Assembly: GCA_039918615.1 (NCBI GenBank)
Contig: JBDSHG010000024.1
Coordinates: 7,795 to 71,794 of the forward strand
Origin: Gemmatimonadaceae bacterium
GTDB taxonomy: Bacteria > Gemmatimonadota > Gemmatimonadetes > Gemmatimonadales > Gemmatimonadaceae
Reading direction: 5' to 3'
DNA: 64,000 nt
Position numbers and translations under genes: made by a program. The notes under the pieces were generated by a model, which saw nothing but the letters and a program-made list of their open reading frames with translations, did no database searches and was not told the DNA's origin. This document shows, piece after piece, positions 51,302 to 60,804 of this stretch (positions are counted from its first letter, which is position 1; each line of letters starts with the position of its first letter).

Positions 51302-52951
51302 ATGCGCCTCCACTCGCTCGCGCTTCTCGCTTCGCTCACACCGATGATCGCGGGCGCGCAGGCCACCTCGAAAGCGGCTGCAGGGCCGATCACGGCCACC
51401 GAGATCGACGGCGACCTTCGCTTCCTCTCGTCGGATCTGCTCGAGGGGCGCGCGCCGGCCACACGCGCCGACAAACTCACCACCGAGTACATCGCCGACC
51501 AGCTTCGCGGCGCCGGCGTCGAGCCGGGGGTGAATGGCTCCTATTTCCAGACCGTTCCCATCGATGTCGTGAAGGCGGATCCCGCATCGATCAAGGTCAA
51601 CGCCACAGGGAAATCGACGATGACGCTCCACTCGCCCGACGATGTCGTGGTTTTCGCCGGCTCCGCCGTCGAAGACAGCAAAGCGAGCGGCGAGTTGGTC
51701 TACGTCGGCTACGGCGCCTCGGCGCCCGAGTACAAATGGGATGACTACAAGGGAATCGATCTCAAGGGAAAGATCCTGCTCGTTCTCGTGAACGATCCGC
51801 CCGCCACCGCCGCCGAGCCGAAGCTCTTCGGCGGAAAGGCAATGACGTACTACGGCCGCTGGACCTACAAGTACGAGGAGGCCGAGCGTCGCGGAGCGGC
51901 GGGCGTGCTCATCGTGCACACCACCGCGGCCGCGAGCTACCCCTGGCACACGGTCGTCGGCTCGTGGAGCGGCGAGCAACGGATGCTCCCGCGCGATGCG
52001 TCTTCCGCGCCGGTGCTCGGCATGCGCGGCTGGATCACCGACAGTGCGGCGACCGCGCTGCTCAAGCCCGCGGGGCTCGACATGGCCAGGCTGCGCAAGG
52101 ACGCCGAGTCGCGCGACTTCAAGCCGGTGAGCACCGGGATCACGATCGACTTCTCGGCGCACAACAGCGTGAATCACCTCTCGAGCGCGAACGTCGTCGG
52201 CGTCGTGCGCGGGCATGACGCGAAGCTCAAGAACGAGTACATCGCAATCAGCGCGCACTGGGATCACCTCGGCATCGGCGTCCCGGTAAATGGCGACTCG
52301 ATCTACAACGGCGCAGTCGACAACGGCTCCGGCGTCGCCTCGGTGCTCGCGATCGCCCGTGCGGCCGCGAAGCTCCCGACGACGCGCCGCTCGCTGATCT
52401 TCCTCTTCGTCACCGCGGAGGAGTCGGGGCTGCTCGGCTCGCAGTACTACGGCGAGCATCCGACCGTCCCAGCACGGAGCATCGCGGCGGATCTCAACCT
52501 CGATGTCGTGACGGTGGACGGCCGTGTGCGCGATCTCAACGTGATGGGCGACAACAAGTCGACGCTCGGGCCCATGCTCGCGAACCTGGTTCGTCCGCAG
52601 GGGATGAAGCTCTCTCCGGACGCGCATCCGGAGGCGGGACACTTCTATCGCTCCGACCACTTCTCCTTCGCGAAGGTAGGCATTCCGTCGGTTTCGATCG
52701 GCGCCGGTGACGACTACATCGGGAAGCCGAAGGACTTCGGCAATCAGGCGGATGAAGATTACACGGCACACCGCTATCATCAGCCCGCGGACGCGTACAG
52801 CCCCGACTTCGACCTGAGCGGGGCCGCGCAGATATCGAACATCGTGCTCAAGTTCGCGCGCACGCTCGCGAACTCGCCGGTGACGCCGACGTGGAACGCC
52901 GATGCGGAGTTCAAGGCCGCGCGTGAGAAATCGCTGAAGCCGCTCTCGTAG
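51302..52951 (+). CDS. M28-family aminopeptidase with PA domain
   Basis: Signal peptide MRLHSLALLASLTPMIAGAQA. ANVVGVVRG, ISAHWDHLG, NGAVDNGSGVASVLAIA, FLFVTAEESGLLGSQYY, YHQPAD. Confidence 0.85.
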   Translation: MRLHSLALLASLTPMIAGAQATSKAAAGPITATEIDGDLRFLSSDLLEGRAPATRADKLTTEYIADQLRGAGVEPGVNGSYFQTVPIDVVKADPASIKVNATGKSTMTLHSPDDVVVFAGSAVEDSKASGELVYVGYGASAPEYKWDDYKGIDLKGKILLVLVNDPPATAAEPKLFGGKAMTYYGRWTYKYEEAERRGAAGVLIVHTTAAASYPWHTVVGSWSGEQRMLPRDASSAPVLGMRGWITDSAATALLKPAGLDMARLRKDAESRDFKPVSTGITIDFSAHNSVNHLSSANVVGVVRGHDAKLKNEYIAISAHWDHLGIGVPVNGDSIYNGAVDNGSGVASVLAIARAAAKLPTTRRSLIFLFVTAEESGLLGSQYYGEHPTVPARSIAADLNLDVVTVDGRVRDLNVMGDNKSTLGPMLANLVRPQGMKLSPDAHPEAGHFYRSDHFSFAKVGIPSVSIGAGDDYIGKPKDFGNQADEDYTAHRYHQPADAYSPDFDLSGAAQISNIVLKFARTLANSPVTPTWNADAEFKAAREKSLKPLS

Positions 52952-53868
52952 TGGCAGCGGTGTCGCGGGTGCGCACGCCTCCGGACTTCGGCACGTGGAT
53001 GGTGGAGGCGAAGCCGATCGTCGCCCTCGAGAGCTCCGTGTTTGCCCAGGGACTTCCGAGTCCCGCGAATCGCACGGCCGCGCGATCGATGATCGAGGCG
53101 ATCGAGTCGCGCGGCGCAATCCCGCTCATCACCGCGATCGTGAAGGGGACGCCGGCCGCCGGGCTCACCGACGACGAGCTCGAGCGCTTCCTCGCTCGCG
53201 ACGGCATCGAGAAGGTCTCCGCGCGTGATCTCGCGCAGGCGATGGCGCGCGGCATCGACGGTGCGACGACCGTCGCGGCGGCGATCATGCTCGCGCACAG
53301 CGCCGGCATCGAGGTGATGGCGACGGGCGGCATCGGCGGCGTCCATCGCGCCCCGGCGTACGACGAGTCCGCCGACCTCGCCGAGCTGGCGCGCACATCG
53401 ATCATCGTGGTGTGCTCGGGACCCAAGGCGATCCTCGATCTCCGCGCGACGTCGGAGCGCCTGGACACGCTCGGCGTTACGATCGCCGGCTTCGGGACCA
53501 GCGAGCTCCCTGCCTTCTACGGCGCCGAAAGCGGCATTCCGGTGCAGCGCGTCGACGATCCGGCGATGATCGCGTCGATCTTCAAGGCGAAACGTGAGCT
53601 CGGACAGACGGGTGCGCTGCTCGTCGTACAGCCTCCGCCGGTGCACTACGCGTTGCCCGCATCGGTAGTCGAGCGTGCTGTAGTAGAGGGGATACGCGAG
53701 AGCACGCGAGCCGGCATCCAGGGCTCGGCGATCACGCCCTTTCTGCTCGCCTACGTCGACAAGGCCACCTCCGGGCGAGCGCGCGAGGTGAATCTGGCAC
53801 TACTGGAACAGAACGCAGCGCTCGCGGCCTCTATCGCAGTAGAGCTCACACGCTTTGCGTTTCGGTGA
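52951..53868 (+). CDS. psuG: pseudouridine-5'-phosphate glycosidase
   Basis: PIVALESSVFAQGLPSPAN, TAIVKGTPAAGLTDDELE, GIDGATTVAAAIMLAHSAGIEVMATGGIGGVHR, DLAELART. Start is GTG 52951 (1-nt overlap with the M28 stop) or ATG 52998. Confidence 0.85.
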   Translation: MAAVSRVRTPPDFGTWMVEAKPIVALESSVFAQGLPSPANRTAARSMIEAIESRGAIPLITAIVKGTPAAGLTDDELERFLARDGIEKVSARDLAQAMARGIDGATTVAAAIMLAHSAGIEVMATGGIGGVHRAPAYDESADLAELARTSIIVVCSGPKAILDLRATSERLDTLGVTIAGFGTSELPAFYGAESGIPVQRVDDPAMIASIFKAKRELGQTGALLVVQPPPVHYALPASVVERAVVEGIRESTRAGIQGSAITPFLLAYVDKATSGRAREVNLALLEQNAALAASIAVELTRFAFR

Positions 53869-53954
53869 TGAAGCTGCCCTGTTTACCATTGAACTCTGCG
53901 GCTCCGACACACTAAAATAGGCAAGACCTTTCGACGTCGGAGGAAGCTCGCCAC

Positions 53955-55070
53955 ATGGCCACGCCCTTCTTGAGTTCCGAGGAGTACGACGAGCGGGCGC
54001 ACGAGCTCTATAACGAGGGTCAGTACGATGCCGCGCTGGATGTGCTGCGGGAGGGATTGAATCTCTACCCGGAGTCCGTCGAGCTGCACATCGGCGCTGG
54101 ATTCGCGCGCCTCGCGCGCGAGGAATACGCGTGGGCGCGACGCAGCTTCGAGACCGCGCTGGTGCTCGACGCGCTGCACGAGGAGGCGCTCGCGGGGCTC
54201 GGTGAGACGTTGCTGAAGTTCGGCATGCGCGACGAAGCGCTGAAGTCCTTCCGGAAGATCCTCGATCTTGGCTACGACGACGATCTCGATCTCGTGCTGC
54301 AGGTCGGACGCGCACTCTTCCGCGAAGAGATGATGGACGAGGCGCGCGAGTTCTTCGAGGTCGCCTCGCGCGAGCAGAAGGACCTCGCGGAGGCGTCGGC
54401 GTGCCTCGGCTACGTCAATCATCGCCTTGGCAACGACGACGCGGCGCTCATGCATCTGCGGCGCGCGCTTCAGCTCGACGGGGAGCACACCGAGGCGCGC
54501 ATCTATCTCGCCAACGTCCTCTACGATCGCGGCGAGTACGAGCCCGCGCTCAACGAGCTCGATCTCACCACTCCCGACGATCACTGGGACGAGCTCGGGA
54601 TCTGGCGCTTCATCGAGCTCAAGAAGTCGATCTACAAGCTCAAGGACGGCGATGGCGAGCTGCGTCCGTGGGAAGCGCGCCTCGGCGAGCTCTCGGGCGA
54701 GCCGGACGACATCGACGAGATGCTCGCCGACATCGAGCAGCGCGTGCTCGAGCAGGAGGAGGCGCGCGACAAGGGGCAGCTCGAGCTCTTCGGCGCGCTG
54801 CTCACCGATCTCGCCGAGAGGAAAAAGGAAGATGTGCTCGAGCACAGCATCCTCATGACAGACGGCGCGGAGTACATCGGGAGCTGGGAGCACATCGTGC
54901 GCGAGATGCGCGACGCGAGCCGCCACATGGCCGACCGCTCGCTGCAGGACTACATGTCGAACGAGGCCCGGCGCGGATACTCGCTCACGGGCGTGAAGAT
55001 TCCGACGAGCGACGCCGAGAGCTTCATCCGCGGCAGCGCGAACGCGGGGCTGCTTCGCATCGTTCGTTGA
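53955..55070 (+). CDS. TPR-repeat protein
   Basis: Repeated A..Y...G.Y..A...F..AL.L.P-type units (HELYNEGQYDAALDVLREGLNLYP, ARLAREEYAWARRSFETALVLD, NHRLGNDDAALMHLRRALQLD) and an acidic C-terminal half. Confidence 0.75.
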   Translation: MATPFLSSEEYDERAHELYNEGQYDAALDVLREGLNLYPESVELHIGAGFARLAREEYAWARRSFETALVLDALHEEALAGLGETLLKFGMRDEALKSFRKILDLGYDDDLDLVLQVGRALFREEMMDEAREFFEVASREQKDLAEASACLGYVNHRLGNDDAALMHLRRALQLDGEHTEARIYLANVLYDRGEYEPALNELDLTTPDDHWDELGIWRFIELKKSIYKLKDGDGELRPWEARLGELSGEPDDIDEMLADIEQRVLEQEEARDKGQLELFGALLTDLAERKKEDVLEHSILMTDGAEYIGSWEHIVREMRDASRHMADRSLQDYMSNEARRGYSLTGVKIPTSDAESFIRGSANAGLLRIVR

Positions 55071-57742
55071 GCGCAGCTGATTTGCGCGCGGCGCCGCTTG
55101 CAGGGGGCGCCGCGCGTGCGTCCGGAGCCCTGCTCGATCCCGCGTCCGTGCGCCGGATCGTGCTGGCGAACGGGCTCACGGTGCTCCTCCGTCATGACGA
55201 CAGCGCACCCGTCGTCGCCATCGTCACGTATGTGCGGGCCGGCTACTTCGACGAAAGCGATGCCGTCGTTGGCATCGCGCACGTGCTCGAACACATGTTT
55301 TTCAAAGGCACCACGGCGCGCGCGGTGGGCGAGATCTCGAAGGAGACCAAGGCCGCCGGCGGCTATCTGAACGCCGGCACGATCTACGATCACACCAGCT
55401 ATTACACAGTACTCCCCTCGGCCAGCTTCGCGCGCGGCCTCGACATCCAGCGCGATGCGTACGCGGATTCCGTCATCGATGCGGCAGAGCTCGCGAAGGA
55501 GCTCGAGGTGATCATCCAGGAGGCGAAGCGCAAGGCGGACAACCCGCAGGCGGTCGCCTCCGAGACGCTGTTCGAGCTGCTGCACGATGTGCATCGCGTG
55601 CGCCGCTGGCGCATCGGGCGCGAGCCCGGGCTGCGCCGGCTCACGCGCGACGATCTCGTGGGCTTCTATCGTAATTTCTATCGGCCGCGGCAGACGATTC
55701 TGAGCATCGTCGGCGCGATCGACCTCGACGATGCGCAGCGCGAGATCGAGAAGCAGTACGGCTCGCTGGCCGATGTTCCGGTGATCGCCAACGTCGGGCC
55801 AGCGGAGCCCGAGCATCGCGAGCTGCGATACCGCGAGCTCGAGGGCGACATCACGCAGACGCAGCTCTCCTTTGGCTGGCGCACGCCGGGCACACTGCAC
55901 CCCGACACGCCGCTGCTCGAGCTCGCGGGCACGATGCTCGGCAGCGGGCGCGGCTCGCGACTCTACCGCGCCGTGCGCGAGCGGAAGCTGGCCACCAGCG
56001 TCTCGGCATACGACTACACACCCACCGAGATCGGCATCTTCGTGATCCACGCCGAGGGTCCGCCGGAGAAGACGGTAGACGCGGCGCGGAATATCTGGGC
56101 GCAGCTCGCGGACGTCCGCGCGAACGGCTTCACCGACGACGAGCTCAATCGCGCGCGGCAGCTGCTCGAGGCGCGCTTCGTTCGGCGGCTCGAAACGATG
56201 GAGGGGCAGGCGAACTACCTCGCGGAGTGGGAGGCGCTCGGCGACTGGCGCATGGGCGAGCGCGATCTCGACCGGCTGATGACGGCGACGGCGGCCGAGG
56301 TGACGGACGCCGTGCGCAGGCATCTCGGTGAGGACTCCGCCGGGGTGATCCTGTATCGGCCGCGCGATGCGGCGCCGATCGCGCGCGACGCGGCAGCCAT
56401 GCGCGCGGTGCTCGGCGGCACGGGCACGGCGCCGTTGGCTGCGGTGCCCGCGCCGAAGCCCGTGGCGCCCGCGCGCGCGGCGCGCGCGACCTTCGAGCGC
56501 GAAGAAGGGCGCGTGCGCGTCTATCGCACGGCGTCGAACGTGCCGATCCTCGTGCTACGCCGGCCTGGTGCGCCACTCGTGCAGCTCGGCGTGCACATCG
56601 CGGGCGGAGCGACGGAAGAGACCGAAGCGCACGCGGGGCTCACATCGATGCTGACGCGCACATCGGTGAAGGGAACGCGCACGCGCTCCGCGGCGCAGAT
56701 CGCCGAGGATGGCGAGCTGCTCGGCGGGTCGGTGAGCGGAGGTACGAGTGCGGAGAGCTTCAGCTGGGGCATCTCGGTCCCCGCGCGCCACACCGCTGCC
56801 GCGCTCGAGCTGCTCGCGGATGTCGTGCAGCACCCCACGCTCGAGCCGTCGGCGCTCGAGACGGAGCGCGCGCTCGCGATCGCGGATCTCGAGATGCTGC
56901 GCGACGACATGTACCGGTATCCGCTCCGCCAGCTCACGGCGGCGGCCTTTGCGGAGCACCCGTACGGCGTGCCGGCGTCGGGCACCGAGGAGTCGCTCGC
57001 TACCATCGGCGCGAGCGATGTGCGCGAGTGGCATGGTGCGCGCGTGCTCGAGGGCGCGAGTGTCATCGCGATCGTGGGCGACGTGGATCCAGACGAGATG
57101 GCGGCGCTCGCGGCCGCGCGCTTCGACGAGCTGCGGTGGCGTGAGACTGCGCGAATCGAGGCGCCGGAGTGGCCCACTGCGCCAATCATGCGGGCCGAGT
57201 CGCGCGACAAGGCGCAGAGCGCGCTCGCGCTCGCGTTCCCATCGCCATCGCGCTCGGCCGACTCGCGCATCGCGGCCGAGTTGCTCGCGGGAGTGGCGAG
57301 CGGCCTCGGTGGACGCTTCTTCGATCAGCTGCGCGACCGTCAGTCGCTGGCGTACACCGTGAGCGCGTTTACGGCCGAGTGGCGGAACGCGGGGATGTTC
57401 ATCTCCTACATCGCGACGGGGCCCGAGAAGGAAGAGATCGCGCGCGCGGGGCTGCTCGCGGAATTCGCGAAGCTGCGCGAAGAGCCGGTGACGGCGGCCG
57501 AGCTCGCGCAGGCGCAGGAGTACGCGATCGGGACGCACGCGATTCGGTCGCAGAGCGGCGGCGCGCTCCTGGGCGAGCTGATCGATGCGTGGCTGTTCGG
57601 CAGCGGACTCGGCGAGATCGACGAGCACGATGCGCAAATTCGCCGCGTGACCGCGCGCGAGATGCAGGAGCTCGCGAACATGTACTTCGACGAGAGCAAG
57701 CTGGTGCAGTCAGTGATCCGGGGCGCGGCGCGCAGCGTCTAG
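55067..57742 (+). CDS. M16 (pitrilysin/insulinase) family zinc peptidase, double-length (two M16 units)
   Basis: TTG 55067 overlaps the TPR stop (TTGA); the first 222 codons of track ORF 54401..57742 are shadow. HxxEH motif GIAHVLEHMFFKGT. The second half repeats the fold without HxxEH. Confidence 0.85.
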   Translation: MSAADLRAAPLAGGAARASGALLDPASVRRIVLANGLTVLLRHDDSAPVVAIVTYVRAGYFDESDAVVGIAHVLEHMFFKGTTARAVGEISKETKAAGGYLNAGTIYDHTSYYTVLPSASFARGLDIQRDAYADSVIDAAELAKELEVIIQEAKRKADNPQAVASETLFELLHDVHRVRRWRIGREPGLRRLTRDDLVGFYRNFYRPRQTILSIVGAIDLDDAQREIEKQYGSLADVPVIANVGPAEPEHRELRYRELEGDITQTQLSFGWRTPGTLHPDTPLLELAGTMLGSGRGSRLYRAVRERKLATSVSAYDYTPTEIGIFVIHAEGPPEKTVDAARNIWAQLADVRANGFTDDELNRARQLLEARFVRRLETMEGQANYLAEWEALGDWRMGERDLDRLMTATAAEVTDAVRRHLGEDSAGVILYRPRDAAPIARDAAAMRAVLGGTGTAPLAAVPAPKPVAPARAARATFEREEGRVRVYRTASNVPILVLRRPGAPLVQLGVHIAGGATEETEAHAGLTSMLTRTSVKGTRTRSAAQIAEDGELLGGSVSGGTSAESFSWGISVPARHTAAALELLADVVQHPTLEPSALETERALAIADLEMLRDDMYRYPLRQLTAAAFAEHPYGVPASGTEESLATIGASDVREWHGARVLEGASVIAIVGDVDPDEMAALAAARFDELRWRETARIEAPEWPTAPIMRAESRDKAQSALALAFPSPSRSADSRIAAELLAGVASGLGGRFFDQLRDRQSLAYTVSAFTAEWRNAGMFISYIATGPEKEEIARAGLLAEFAKLREEPVTAAELAQAQEYAIGTHAIRSQSGGALLGELIDAWLFGSGLGEIDEHDAQIRRVTAREMQELANMYFDESKLVQSVIRGAARSV

Positions 57743-57827
57743 CTCTTACGCTTGTCGGTTTCTCGTCCGTTCCATTCCGTTTGTTGTCCGTATTTCCCGT
57801 TTGCCGCTTCTCAGGCGCGATGCCGAG

Positions 57828-59360
57828 CTACGGCGCCGCATTCTCCGACAGCACCTTGATCGCGCGCGCCACCGTCGCCGCGGCGGGACGCACGCGTCCG
57901 CCGGGCGCGCGCAGTCCGATAGGCGTGCCGTAGTCGCTCGCCTCGAGTACGATGACGCCTTTCACGGCGCGACGGTTCGTCGCCCATGCGAGCGTTCCCC
58001 AGATCGCGCTGGCCTGCGCCTCCTCCCCGTGCGCCATCGGGAAGCCCCCGGCTTCGAGCACCCAGTGTTCCTTCGGCTCGGGGTAGCTGTTGAGCCACGC
58101 GTCGGCGATTCGCATGCGCGCGTCGAGCGTGGCGGCGCCACCGAGCCACGGGAAGAGCGTAAAGCCGATCGCATCGACCGGCGACGCCGGCGCGGCGGCC
58201 CAGGCGTAGAGAGCCGAGTCGCGCGCACCGAAGCCGCCGATGTGCGCGAGCACGCGCACCTTCGGGCTCGCCTGATGGGCGATCAGCGCGGCGTGACGGA
58301 AGTACGAGATCCAGATTGCGATCGGTACGCGGCCGAGCGCGCGCGATGCCGAGCCGTTGGGATCGATGGCGGGGACGATGAAGTCCGGATGAAGCGCGCG
58401 CACGATGCGCGCGAGATCCGCCGCGCGCGCATCGAAGTACGCGGCCTGCCGCGCGGGCGCGGGCTTGCGCTCGCCCGAGAGGTCGAGCGCGACGAAGAGC
58501 TGGCGGTCGCCGCGTCGGTCGACGAGCACGTGCGCGAGCGAATCGAGCGACGCGTTGCTCGTGCCCGCTGGCGTGAGGTAGACCGAGAGGGCCTGCGCGC
58601 CGACGGTGTCCGCGAGGTCGAGATCGCCAACGAGTGCCAGCGGCGGCGGTCCGCTCGAGAGCGTCGGAAAGATCTTGAGTCCGATCGCGAAGTCGCTGTC
58701 GGCGCGCTCCGTAAGCCGCTCGTTCGTGTACGACGCGTAGCTGCGCACGGCGGTCGTGGCCGACGGCACTTCGAGCACGATGAACGTCCCCCAGATCGCC
58801 GCGAGCACCGCCACTGCGGTACGCAGCACGGTGCCGGCGCCGCGGTGTCCCGGCGTCGGCGGCGCGACGATCGGGATGTGCAGATAGTACGGAAGAAAGA
58901 GCGCGAGCGGGCTCGCGGTGTAGGCGAGCGAGCTTGCATCGGCGGCGGAGAGCATGAGGATCGGCGACGGCACCTCGTAGCCCCGATAGATCGCGTAGCG
59001 CGCGACGGCGACGAGCGCGATGATCACATCGTAGGCGACGATCGGCGCACCGATCGGCGGCGCGACGGCTCCGCGCGAGAGCGCGTACGCCGCCTGGATC
59101 GCGATGACGATCGTCGTCGCCGGCCACACCCACGCGAGCGTGTAGAGCGCGCGCCCGGTGAGCACCGACGTGCCGACGAGCAGCACCGTGAGCGCGGGGA
59201 GGAGCAGCAGCCCGCAGAGCGCGCACAGAAACGCCATCGTCCGCTGCGTCGACTGCAGCCGCGCGGCGCGACCGGAGATCGTGAGATTCCAGATGATGAC
59301 GAGCGCAGTGAGGACGAGATGCGCCGTCGCGAGCTGCGCCGGCGCGAGAAGCGTGTTCAT
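57828..59360 (-). CDS. large integral-membrane protein with extracytoplasmic C-terminal domain, unknown function
   Basis: ATG 59360 overlaps the upstream stop (ATGA). About 6 TM helices in the first 200 residues, then a roughly 300-aa soluble domain (FAIGLKIFPTL..., VYLTPAG, HPDFIVPAIDPNG, GFTLFPW, WVLEAGGFP) reminiscent of a TIM-barrel glycosidase-like fold. Weak call. Confidence 0.6.
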   Translation of the reverse strand: MNTLLAPAQLATAHLVLTALVIIWNLTISGRAARLQSTQRTMAFLCALCGLLLLPALTVLLVGTSVLTGRALYTLAWVWPATTIVIAIQAAYALSRGAVAPPIGAPIVAYDVIIALVAVARYAIYRGYEVPSPILMLSAADASSLAYTASPLALFLPYYLHIPIVAPPTPGHRGAGTVLRTAVAVLAAIWGTFIVLEVPSATTAVRSYASYTNERLTERADSDFAIGLKIFPTLSSGPPPLALVGDLDLADTVGAQALSVYLTPAGTSNASLDSLAHVLVDRRGDRQLFVALDLSGERKPAPARQAAYFDARAADLARIVRALHPDFIVPAIDPNGSASRALGRVPIAIWISYFRHAALIAHQASPKVRVLAHIGGFGARDSALYAWAAAPASPVDAIGFTLFPWLGGAATLDARMRIADAWLNSYPEPKEHWVLEAGGFPMAHGEEAQASAIWGTLAWATNRRAVKGVIVLEASDYGTPIGLRAPGGRVRPAAATVARAIKVLSENAAP

Positions 59361-59719
59361 CCTCGGCTGCGCGCCTCGCTGCGAATCTCCTTTGGTACGA
59401 GCCGGCGCACGAAGACGTCGAGCGCCTTCTGCAGATCGCGCGTGGCGGGCGCGAGGATGTCGAGCAGGAGCAGCTCGCGGTCCGGGAGCGTGCGCAGCGT
59501 GATGTGGCACGCGTCGAGGAAGAGCACGGCGGCAACGCCGCCGTCGGGGAGCTGGCGGATGACGGGCGCTCCGATGATCGAAAAGCCGGCCGCGCTTGCG
59601 GCGGCGATCAGGAGGCCGGTGAGCGCAGACGTGTCGCGCAGCGCAGGCGCCGGCACTCCGGTGAGGTCGGCGATGACGTGCGTGAAGGCTCCGCTGCCAG
59701 CCGATGCTGCCACGCCCAC
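59357..59719 (-). CDS. S-adenosylmethionine-decarboxylase-fold (SpeH-like) protein lacking canonical catalytic residues
   Basis: GTG 59719 lies 2 nt after the upstream stop. THVIADLTG..LRDTSAL...AAGFSIIG...LPDGGVAAVLFLDACHITLRTLPDRELLLLDILAP aligns by eye to SpeH ...[32 protein letters not shown]. The Glu-Ser cleavage pair reads Ala-Cys, and the FTCG Cys is absent. Confidence 0.55.
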   Translation of the reverse strand: MGVAASAGSGAFTHVIADLTGVPAPALRDTSALTGLLIAAASAAGFSIIGAPVIRQLPDGGVAAVLFLDACHITLRTLPDRELLLLDILAPATRDLQKALDVFVRRLVPKEIRSEARSRG

Positions 59720-59721
59720 TG

Positions 59722-60186
59722 CTAGAACATCGACAGCGCGAGGAACGATCGCAGCGAGTCGTTCGTCGACCGCAGCCGTCCGCTCAGCATCCGCACCACT
59801 GCCCACAGCACCTTGTACGCGAGCTCGCGGTTGAACTCGAGCAGCATCTCGAACTCCGAGCGCGAGATCGTCAGCACCGTGGTGCCCCCGTGCGAGATCG
59901 CGTCGGTCGAACGCTTGCTCCGGTCGAACACCGCCATCTCGCCGAACATTGAGCCGCGCTTGAGCACCGCCAGCGCCTCCTCGCCCGCACCCGGAATCTC
60001 CCGGCTGATGCGCACCCCGCCCTCCACGATGATGAACAGCCGGTTCCCCGGCTCACCCTCGCGGAAGATGTACTCCCCGGATTCGTAGCTCTTCGATTCG
60101 CACAGCTCCGCGATCTTCCCGAGCTCCTCTGCGGTGAGCGCATTGAAGAGCGGTAGCGGTCGAAGAAGCTCCAGTGTGGCAGACAT
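59722..60186 (-). CDS. stand-alone cyclic-nucleotide-binding domain protein
   Basis: LPLFNALTAEELGKIAELCESKSYESGEYIFREGEPGNRLFIIVEGGVRISR...GSMFGEMAVFD...RSTDAIS (cNMP phosphate-binding cassette). Confidence 0.85.
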   Translation of the reverse strand: MSATLELLRPLPLFNALTAEELGKIAELCESKSYESGEYIFREGEPGNRLFIIVEGGVRISREIPGAGEEALAVLKRGSMFGEMAVFDRSKRSTDAISHGGTTVLTISRSEFEMLLEFNRELAYKVLWAVVRMLSGRLRSTNDSLRSFLALSMF

Positions 60187-60279
60187 GTCTTATGGACGAG
60201 CGAGACAGGGTGGATGGTTCTATGTACGCACCACGCGATGCGCTGGCAAGCAGCGGCGGTGCGGGCTTAACTTGGGGGC

Positions 60280-60804
60280 GTGCGCCGCCCACCGTTGCTC
60301 ACCATCCCCAATCTCCTCTCGGCCTCGCGCTTTCCTCTGGCCGCCGCGTTTCTGGCGACGGACGCGACACCGACGCGAGTCGCGCTCATCGGGGCGGCGT
60401 CGCTCACCGATGTGCTCGATGGCTGGCTCGCCCGGCGCCAGCAAACTACCCGGCTCGGCGCCCTCCTCGATCCGATCGCCGACAAGACCTTCGTGCTGGT
60501 CGCGATCTCGGCGTTTCTGATCGCAGGCGAGCTCTCGACGCTCGACTACTTCATCATCCTCCTCCGCGACTTCGCGACGGCGATCGGATTCCTCGTCGCC
60601 TACCTGCTCAAGGGGCTCGACCCGAAGAACTTCAAGGCGCGGATGTCGGGGAAGGTGGTGACGGTGCTGCAGCTCGCCACCGTGCTCGCGCTGGTGCTGC
60701 ACTCGCCGCTCCTCCGCCCTCTGGTCTGGATGGTCGGAGCGGCGTCGGTGTGGGCGATCGTTGACTACACATTGCTGTTGAGCCGCCAGCGCGCGAGCGG
60801 ATGA
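60280..60804 (+). CDS. pgsA: CDP-diacylglycerol--glycerol-3-phosphate 3-phosphatidyltransferase-like
   Basis: GTG start. IPNLLSASRFPLA, signature TDVLDGWLARRQQTTRLGALLDPIADK, four TM helices, short PgsA-like size. Confidence 0.8.
   Translation: MRRPPLLTIPNLLSASRFPLAAAFLATDATPTRVALIGAASLTDVLDGWLARRQQTTRLGALLDPIADKTFVLVAISAFLIAGELSTLDYFIILLRDFATAIGFLVAYLLKGLDPKNFKARMSGKVVTVLQLATVLALVLHSPLLRPLVWMVGAASVWAIVDYTLLLSRQRASG

Noticed and set aside
54401-55066. N-terminal 222 codons of track ORF 54401..57742.
   Set aside because: They overlap the TPR gene in another frame and are Arg/Ala-rich. The M16 peptidase most plausibly starts at TTG 55067, which overlaps the TPR stop.
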